Of a DNA stretch of 37,046 nt, positions 16,025-23,061 are shown piece by piece; the first letter of the stretch is position 1, and every line of letters begins with the position of its first letter. Source of the DNA: Acidocella sp. (GTDB lineage: Bacteria; Pseudomonadota; Alphaproteobacteria; Acetobacterales; Acetobacteraceae); NCBI GenBank assembly GCA_028687415.1, contig JAQUAC010000001.1, forward strand, positions 1-37,046, read 5' to 3'. The translations under genes were made by a program, and so were the position numbers. A model generated the notes under the pieces. The model did not search any database. It had not been told where the DNA came from and was given only the letters and a program-made list of their open reading frames with translations.

Positions 16025-16729
16025 ATGAACGCAAAAATTCGCCGGATTGCCCTTGGTGGCACGACCGTGTTGATGCTGGCCACTTTTGCCGGCAGTTCCT
16101 GGGCGCAGACACCTGCCCCTGACTCTACCGCCTCCGGGGATCAAAGCACCGACACCGGGCCAGGTTATGGCCCCGGCGGTTATGGGCCCGGCATGATGGG
16201 TGGTGGTTACGGGCCGGGTTATGGGCAGGGCTATGGACCCGGTATGATGTATGGTTACGGACCTGGCTATGGGCAGGGCTACGGCCCGGGTATGATGTAT
16301 GGCTACGGACCTAACTCTAAAAGATGGGAGAACGGCAAATCCCTCATCGCGGCCCGGCTCGTAGGACTTAAACAAGAATTAAAAATTACCAGCGAGCAGG
16401 AGTCCGCATGGAAAACATACACGGACGCCGTGACCGCTGCGGATCAGGCATTCTTGACCGCCGTGAAAGCGGCTTTACCCCAGGATACAACAACGCAGAT
16501 AACTCCTGATGACAGTTTCACCTTTATGAGCCAGATGATCGCACTCAGAAAGAAAAACTTTGACGACAAAAAAGCTGCCGCCGAGGCGTTGCTCCCAAAA
16601 TTAACCCCGTATCAGAGCGGCCAGGCTAGCATGGTCCTGCCTGGTCTCGCACAGGCCGGCGGATTTGGGTTTCGGCATGGCGGGGGATACGGAATGGGAT
16701 TTGGCGGTTACGGCATGATGGGCTGGTGA
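16025..16729 (+). CDS. Periplasmic Spy/CpxP-like (LTXXQ) protein with Gly/Tyr/Met repeats
   Basis: Signal peptide ending SWA-Q, GYGPGMM repeats, and LKQELKITSEQESAW and LTPYQ motifs. Confidence 0.72.
   Translation: MNAKIRRIALGGTTVLMLATFAGSSWAQTPAPDSTASGDQSTDTGPGYGPGGYGPGMMGGGYGPGYGQGYGPGMMYGYGPGYGQGYGPGMMYGYGPNSKRWENGKSLIAARLVGLKQELKITSEQESAWKTYTDAVTAADQAFLTAVKAALPQDTTTQITPDDSFTFMSQMIALRKKNFDDKKAAAEALLPKLTPYQSGQASMVLPGLAQAGGFGFRHGGGYGMGFGGYGMMGW
16205..16312 (+). repeat. 48-bp coding tandem repeat (GYGPGYGQGYGPGMMY x2 plus partial)
   Basis: Units start at 16205, 16253 and 16301 and differ only at synonymous positions. Confidence 0.85.
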
Positions 16730-16913
16730 AACTGCGGCCAATGGTGAACCCGGCTGACAATGGGGCAACTCATTGAGTTTGAAGAGAAATCTGCTCCAAT
16801 GCCGGGGTCACTTTTCGCGCGACAAATGACCCCAGTAAGATACTATATTTCCGCACAATATCAATTGGTTACATTATTTTTTGGCGGGGTCACCGTTGGC
16901 CGCAATTTTACAA

Positions 16914-17573
16914 ATGCCCCTGAAAGCAGTTCTGGTGGTATTTTCCGCAGCTCTGGCCCTTGCGCCGGTTGCCGCCGCGCAGCCGGTTGGCCCCGGATGG
17001 GGTGGCCGGGGTTGGGGACCTGGACCGGGAATGATGGGCGGGGCGATGGAGAACCGTCCTGTCACACCAGACTGGGGCGGCAAAGTTCTGAGCTACACTG
17101 AAGCCAAAGCCTATATCGAATACGGCACAACGCATGGCATAGCGGATGCGAAAACCAATACCGTTACCTTCTCTGGCAGCGATGTCGTCATCAACCTGGT
17201 TGCCGTGCAACCGGGGTTCGATGACCAGACCTTCGAACTGCACGGCCTCACCAATCCCACGATCATCGTGCCGCACGATGCCACTGTGCAACTCAATTTA
17301 CTCAACATGGATTACGGCAACAACATGGAGCATACGGTGGAGATCGTGAATGTGCCGCCGCCTTACCCGTATATGTCGATGATGTATCTCGGCAGGCCCG
17401 TCGTGCCGCCGCTGCCGGTATTGCCCTGGCGCAGCTCCGATAATGTAGAGAATGCCGATTATGCCGCTTTTGGCGAGTCCTTCATTGCCTCCGTGCCCGG
17501 TCATTACTGGTATCTCTGTCTCTCGCCGGAGCATGCCGAGACCGGCATGTACGGCAAGTTCATTGTGCGGTGA
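16914..17573 (+). CDS. Rusticyanin-like blue (type 1) copper protein
   Basis: Signal peptide, TVTFSG...FELHGLTNPTIIVP...H, and C-terminal YWYLCLSPEHAETGMYGKFIVR carrying the C-x4-H-x4-M ligand loop typical of rusticyanin. Confidence 0.8.
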   Translation: MPLKAVLVVFSAALALAPVAAAQPVGPGWGGRGWGPGPGMMGGAMENRPVTPDWGGKVLSYTEAKAYIEYGTTHGIADAKTNTVTFSGSDVVINLVAVQPGFDDQTFELHGLTNPTIIVPHDATVQLNLLNMDYGNNMEHTVEIVNVPPPYPYMSMMYLGRPVVPPLPVLPWRSSDNVENADYAAFGESFIASVPGHYWYLCLSPEHAETGMYGKFIVR

Positions 17574-17742
17574 GCACGGCTGTTCCCACCGGGATCGCCA
17601 GCTCCACTTCAACGTCCCGGCGTCAGAACCGCGCCTGTACAGCTGCCTGTTGCGTTGAATCAATGCGCGGCAGCCCACTTCCAGTGCAGTCTGCTACCGG
17701 CATCGCCAAGGCGCGGCACATACGCGGAAAAGGAGCACAACC

Positions 17743-18171
17743 ATGACGAACCTTATTAAGCAGACCCTTGCGGCGGCCTTGCCCCTCGCTCTCACGGCTC
17801 CGGCCGCTTGGGCGGATTCCACAGTGACCACCCCGGCGGCTGGCGGTGCGGCCAGTTTTCAAGGTCCAGGCTGGAGCGGCTATGGGCCGGGGCCCTGGAT
17901 GATGGGCGGTTGGGGTGGTGGGCCGATGATGGGCTATGGCGGCTGGGGCGGAGGCGGTTGGATAATGATGCTGTTCGGTGGTGTGATTATCGTCGCATTG
18001 CTGGTTTTCATCTTCCGGGCACTCGCCTGGAGCACGCACCCGCCGCACCAGAACCTACCCCATCCCGGGCACGGCTCTGCCGGATTGCACGCGCTGGATG
18101 AACGTTATGCGCGGGGCGACATTAACCGCGAGGAGTACGTGCAGAAGAAGCGCGATATTCTGGGCACCTGA
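17743..18171 (+). CDS. SHOCT-domain membrane protein with Gly/Met-rich periplasmic segment
   Basis: Signal peptide, GPWMMGGWGGGPMMG, one TM helix, and C-terminal LDERYARGDINREEYVQKKRDIL. Confidence 0.8.
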   Translation: MTNLIKQTLAAALPLALTAPAAWADSTVTTPAAGGAASFQGPGWSGYGPGPWMMGGWGGGPMMGYGGWGGGGWIMMLFGGVIIVALLVFIFRALAWSTHPPHQNLPHPGHGSAGLHALDERYARGDINREEYVQKKRDILGT

Positions 18172-18534
18172 CAGCAGCGTTATTCAAAGCGCAATTCTGA
18201 ATGTGTCTGCGCCGCTTCTCAGGCTTTGCTCATTCTTTCCATCACGAATGATGGAACTTGTCGATTTCGTCATTCGTCTGGAACATCTGGAAATGTCTTG
18301 GTCTTCTTGAGACTACGTCTAACGGTGTAACCCCGAGAGCAAACATGAGACCGGCCAGCAACCATAACCGCGAACGCTCAAATCTGCGACGTCAAATGAC
18401 GGCAACATAAATGACCGGTTTCGGGAATCGCCGCGAAGCTTCTGAACGGCGGCAGCGGGCGCGTTGCTGTCAGCATGGGGCGAGGCTGAACGTCCGCTTC
18501 TGAGAACTCCTCCAAGGCCGGCCCATAGCCGGCT

Positions 18535-18562
18535 TGGGTCGATAAAGGACATTATCACTGAT
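18535..18562. other. dif-like tyrosine-recombinase site A
   Basis: tgggtcGATAA-AGGACA-TTATCActgat: inverted arms around a 6-bp spacer. 17 bp are identical to 36292-36308 in direct orientation. Confidence 0.68.
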
Positions 18563-18609
18563 ATGATGACAAGGGAAAGGTGCGGCGCACTGAGGCCGCA
18601 CCTTGGTCT

Positions 18610-21324
18610 TTAAAGGCTGGCTTCCGCCGCTGCGGCAACCGTCAGTCCGTGCCGCGCCATCAAGCCCGCAAGGGTCGTGCTGGGGCCAACAATGTCATGC
18701 GGGACCAAGGCATAGGCCCAAGGCTTACCGCCGATCTCGGCGGCGTGGGCGTTGGCGTAGCTGACCCATTTACTGGCCGCACGCGCCTTCGCCTTCACAA
18801 TCGGATCTTCCATCTCGTTCTCGGCCTTGATCTCGACAATCAGCTTTTGGGTCTTCGTCTCGACCACGAAGTCGGGTTCGTAGGATTGGCCGCTGGCGTA
18901 TTCGATCCTGAATTGGCCCGGCCCCGGCTTCATCCAGCGGATGACGTCGGGTTCGTTTGCGCTCTCGATGATGACCGAGAACTCCCGCTCCTCATTGGAA
19001 TCGAAGCGTTGATAGGGGTAGCAGCACCGGGTGAAGCTGCCGAAAACATGCTTCCTGGTGTCACCGGCCGGCACCACAGGCTTACGGAAATCCCATATGG
19101 CGCGGTCGTTCGGAACATTGAATGCCTGCGGCCGGAGAAGCTGGAATCCCTTGGCAACGGTCGCGCGATAGTCGGTTGGCGTTTCCCAGTAGTGCTGTTT
19201 CATCTGCTCGAAAATGAAGCGGGCTAAATCTTTGCCGTGAACCAACAGGACGCTTTCAACGTCATCCTCGTCGGGCAGGTAGCTCCGCAAGCGCCCGACC
19301 ATCTGCTCGGACAGCTTGAACAGCAGCTCGCTTTGGCTGTCGTAGTCGATCTCGGAATAATCGACCAAGTGACGGACCAGGTAGTTTTCAGCCCTCTCCT
19401 CGCGCACCGCCTCGCTCTTGCGGGCAAGGTAACTGCGCGCCTCGTCGCGGAGACGCTGGATCATGATGTCGTCGGAAATCGGCTGTTTGGCGATGGCGTC
19501 CAGCCCGGTCAGGTCGAAATCGTTAAAGCCGAATGTCACCTCGCGGGTCGGCAACACCACGATCTCCGGGATTTCGATGGTCAGCTCCACCACCTTGGCC
19601 GTCACCTGCCGCACCACGGCGGCGATGTCCGGCCGCTTCTGCCCAAGTTCGAGCGTCGCCTGCGAGGGGGCCATCGCCTCTTCAACATCGCGCGTGATGC
19701 GCGCCTGCACCTCGGGTTCGGAAAGCTGATTGATGCCCTTCTTCAGCTCCCGCTCATAGCGGTCCTGGATCAGCCGCAAGGCAAAGTCAGCCGCCTGGCG
19801 CTCTTCCGGCATGGCGAAGACAAACTCTGTTGTTTCCTCGGAAAACCCTTTCCCAGTCAGCGAGGTTTCGACGAATGAATGGCTTTCGAGAACCTGCGCG
19901 CCCTCGGCGGATACGTCCCCGCCCGCGCCAACTGTCACGACCTTACGGATGGCAACAATGGAATTTGGATCACGCGCGGCCTTGATGACCTCATCGAAGC
20001 GGTCATGGGCGATGACGGTCAGGGTATCGACTGCATCAACGCCCGTTCGCGTGCCGTAAGGCAGGCGCAGCCCACGCCCAAGGGTCTGCTCGGTCAGAAT
20101 GTCAGAGGCGGACGCCCGCAACGGGACAATGGTGTAGAGATTGCGAACGTCCCAGCCTTCCTTGAGCTTGTTGACATGGATGACAACGTCCGTGGTGGTG
20201 TCGGTCTCCAGGGCCAGCAAGCGCGCGGTCGCGTCCTCGCTTTCTTCCCCCTTGGTGGCGCTATCAATGCGGATGACGCGGCCCTTGTAGCGACCGCCAA
20301 AGAACTCCTCGCCCTCGATGATCTGGCGCAAGGCTTCGGCGTGGGTGGTGTCGGTTGCCACCACCAGCATGAAGGGATGGACCTTCGGGCGGCCGGTTGA
20401 ACGGGCATAGATGTCCAGCTCAGCCTTGACGTTCTCATGGCAGTGAATGCCGTCTTCGAGCTTGATCCACTCCAACTGCTCTGGCGTCACCGAATCGGGG
20501 CGGAAATCCTTACGGGTGGCAACGGCTGGTTCCTTGACGAAACCATCCTGCATGGCCTGGCCAAGGCTGTAGTCATAGACGACGTTCTTGAACCGCTCGG
20601 ACTTGCTTCCGGTTGACCGCGGTGTGGCAGTCAGCTCCAAACCCAGCACCGGCTTCAACTCGGCAACGGCGCGCATCCCGGCATTGGCGCGATATCGGTG
20701 CGCTTCGTCCATCAGCAGCACAAGATCGGGCAGCTCGGCCAGATAGTCGAAATAGCTCTGCCCGATATATTCCCGCATCGTTTTGATGCGGCCCTTGTCC
20801 TTGTTGATCTTGTCCACGTTGAAGATGTTGATCACGGCGGTTTCGCCGAGCAGATCACCACCCTGAACACCCCGGCCCTGTTCCCAGTTTTCACCTGTGA
20901 CCAGCAAGGGCGGCATCTGCGCGAATTCAGAGATTCCCTTGAACACATACTTCGGTGTGTTCGGCTTGAAGTCTGCGATGAGCTTGTCATAGATGGTCGT
21001 GTTGGGGGCCAACACGAAGAAATGCCGCGAGCGGTTGGTCAAATAGAGCCAACTGATAAAGGCCCCCATGAGCCTGGTCTTGCCTACGCCTGTGGCAAGG
21101 GCGAAGCACAGAGAGGGGAAGTCGCGCTCGAAGTCCGTGACATCGGGAAAGAGAAGCTGGACGGCGGCCAGCATTTCGGCCGTGCCCGCCAGCTTTTGCA
21201 GCGGCACCAATTCCTTGAGCGGCGAATGGTCGATGATCTGGGCCAGCAATTCGAGGCTATCGGACTGCGGTGCCCGCAACGAAAGGCGAGCCTTGATCTG
21301 GCGAAGGATGCGGTCATCGGTCAT
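18610..21324 (-). CDS. res: Type III restriction endonuclease Res subunit (SF2 helicase + nuclease)
   Basis: LATGVGKT, DEAH, TAT, LKEGWD, QTLGRGLR, and C-terminal YEPDFVV...IVEIK. Confidence 0.92.
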   Translation of the reverse strand: MTDDRILRQIKARLSLRAPQSDSLELLAQIIDHSPLKELVPLQKLAGTAEMLAAVQLLFPDVTDFERDFPSLCFALATGVGKTRLMGAFISWLYLTNRSRHFFVLAPNTTIYDKLIADFKPNTPKYVFKGISEFAQMPPLLVTGENWEQGRGVQGGDLLGETAVINIFNVDKINKDKGRIKTMREYIGQSYFDYLAELPDLVLLMDEAHRYRANAGMRAVAELKPVLGLELTATPRSTGSKSERFKNVVYDYSLGQAMQDGFVKEPAVATRKDFRPDSVTPEQLEWIKLEDGIHCHENVKAELDIYARSTGRPKVHPFMLVVATDTTHAEALRQIIEGEEFFGGRYKGRVIRIDSATKGEESEDATARLLALETDTTTDVVIHVNKLKEGWDVRNLYTIVPLRASASDILTEQTLGRGLRLPYGTRTGVDAVDTLTVIAHDRFDEVIKAARDPNSIVAIRKVVTVGAGGDVSAEGAQVLESHSFVETSLTGKGFSEETTEFVFAMPEERQAADFALRLIQDRYERELKKGINQLSEPEVQARITRDVEEAMAPSQATLELGQKRPDIAAVVRQVTAKVVELTIEIPEIVVLPTREVTFGFNDFDLTGLDAIAKQPISDDIMIQRLRDEARSYLARKSEAVREERAENYLVRHLVDYSEIDYDSQSELLFKLSEQMVGRLRSYLPDEDDVESVLLVHGKDLARFIFEQMKQHYWETPTDYRATVAKGFQLLRPQAFNVPNDRAIWDFRKPVVPAGDTRKHVFGSFTRCCYPYQRFDSNEEREFSVIIESANEPDVIRWMKPGPGQFRIEYASGQSYEPDFVVETKTQKLIVEIKAENEMEDPIVKAKARAASKWVSYANAHAAEIGGKPWAYALVPHDIVGPSTTLAGLMARHGLTVAAAAEASL

Positions 21325-21327
21325 GGC

Positions 21328-23061
21328 TCAAACCTCCTCCGCGCCAGAACCAACATCGAAAAGCGATGGCTCCGGCTCCTTGCGCGGACGGCCCCGCCGT
21401 TTGGCGGGGGCCTCGCCAGAGTCGGCGGCGTCTGTATCCACGTCCGCCCCGTTGCCCTTCGGGGCAACAGGCAAGCTAGCAACCGTCAGACTGTAATCAT
21501 CGCGGCCCCATTCGCACTTCTTCAACACCGCATGAGGTATCTTCTTGACCGTCAGATTCGGGACGGTGCTTTCTTTGCCGTTCCACGCTTTGCAGCAAAC
21601 CAGCAAGGTGCGCTTCGGCCCCACCTCATCCGACAGCTTTTTCAGCGCGTCATGGGTCAAAGATTGCGTGGTGACATAGATGAAGTCTGTCTCGGTCGAA
21701 TGACCATGACGCCAGTATTCTTCCGGCACCTGGCTCGGGGCATATGTGAAGCCCATTAGCTTACACACGGCTTCGGCCAACATCGCAGCATTGTAGCTCG
21801 GCGCGATAACCCAGTTATCGAAGCGGTCCTTGGTCAACAGCGACGGCGCAAGCCGATAGAAGCGGAATCCACCACCACCTTGCCAGCCAACCGCGGCGGT
21901 AATGCCGCCGTCATCTTCACCGTCGATGATCTTTGTCAGTCGTGGGGCACAATGCGTGATCGCGTGATCGCCTAACTCAACCATAATCCAGCGGCGGCCC
22001 ATCTTGTGGGCTACCGCGCCAGTCGTCCCTGAGCCAGCAAATGAATCGAGGACAATGTCGCAAGGATTAGTTGCAATCTGAATCACTCTTTGAAGTAGTC
22101 GTTCTGGTTTTGGTGTACCAAAAGGTATAAGATCGGGAAACAGGCCCTTTATTTCAGCTTTAGACGTTCTATTACTTCCGACATCGGAATGGGACCAAAT
22201 TGTTTCCGGGGGCCTCTGAGCGTTCGCCTCTGCATAGATACGGTAATTAGGCGTCCAGCCATTGCGGCCTTTGATCCAGTCTATCCGGTTGCTCTCTTGC
22301 TCGGTCTTAGTCTTGTTCCATCGCCAAGCCCCATCCGTTCCGTCCTGCCTTTTCGGGAAAACCTGTGTCCCATCCGGAGCGGTCATGGAATAATAGAGCG
22401 TGGGGCGAGCTTCACGGGAATCACCCTGACCACCCATTGCTCGTAAAGGTTTAAGGTAATATTTCCGCCCCTCAGCGTCCAATTTATCATAATGCTCTGC
22501 GGCTTCAATGGTTGTCAGTTTGTTCCAAGAAGTTTTGGTAATGTCTTTTCCGAACACCAATAGGTGATCGTGTCTTACAGAGAAGAATTGAGCGTCCATA
22601 CGCGGACTGTCCGCTTTTTCCCATATCGCATTCCCAATGAAATTGCTCCGACCAAAAATTTCATCGCAGATCACCTTCAGATAATGCGCCTCGTTGTCAT
22701 CGATGGTAATCCAAAGAGAGCCGTCTTCTGACAAGCATCTCCTGATTAGTTCAAGGCGATCCCTCATCAACGACAGCCAAAGCGAATGCTCTAAGCCATC
22801 ATGGTAATGCGCGAACGCGCTCCCAGTGTTGTAGGGTGGATCAATGAAGACGCACTTTACCTTACCCGCCAACTCCTGCTCCAACGCCTTCAACGCAAGC
22901 AGGTTGTCCCCGAATATCAGCCGATTGTCGAAAATATCCCCGTCATGTCGCTCCTTCGCATGATGCGAAAGCGCCGGGTCTTCCAACAAAATGCGCGGCT
23001 CCAAGCGAGGCCGTTCGTCCTTGCCAATCCAGGTCAATTCAAGTTTCTGGTGCCGGCTCAT
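21328..23061 (-). CDS. mod: Type III RM methyltransferase Mod subunit
   Basis: KLELTWIGK, GDNLLAL, DPPY, FAGSGTTG in beta-class order with a central TRD. ATG at 23061 overlaps the helicase stop. Confidence 0.93.
   Translation of the reverse strand: MSRHQKLELTWIGKDERPRLEPRILLEDPALSHHAKERHDGDIFDNRLIFGDNLLALKALEQELAGKVKCVFIDPPYNTGSAFAHYHDGLEHSLWLSLMRDRLELIRRCLSEDGSLWITIDDNEAHYLKVICDEIFGRSNFIGNAIWEKADSPRMDAQFFSVRHDHLLVFGKDITKTSWNKLTTIEAAEHYDKLDAEGRKYYLKPLRAMGGQGDSREARPTLYYSMTAPDGTQVFPKRQDGTDGAWRWNKTKTEQESNRIDWIKGRNGWTPNYRIYAEANAQRPPETIWSHSDVGSNRTSKAEIKGLFPDLIPFGTPKPERLLQRVIQIATNPCDIVLDSFAGSGTTGAVAHKMGRRWIMVELGDHAITHCAPRLTKIIDGEDDGGITAAVGWQGGGGFRFYRLAPSLLTKDRFDNWVIAPSYNAAMLAEAVCKLMGFTYAPSQVPEEYWRHGHSTETDFIYVTTQSLTHDALKKLSDEVGPKRTLLVCCKAWNGKESTVPNLTVKKIPHAVLKKCEWGRDDYSLTVASLPVAPKGNGADVDTDAADSGEAPAKRRGRPRKEPEPSLFDVGSGAEEV

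Noticed and set aside
16160-16312. CRISPR-like repeat array
   Set aside because: The repeats are in-frame coding units with synonymous variation, with no unique spacers and no cas genes.
16914-17573. Evidence that the host oxidises iron
   Set aside because: No cyc2, cyc1 or oxidase genes are present, and the context is copper homeostasis.
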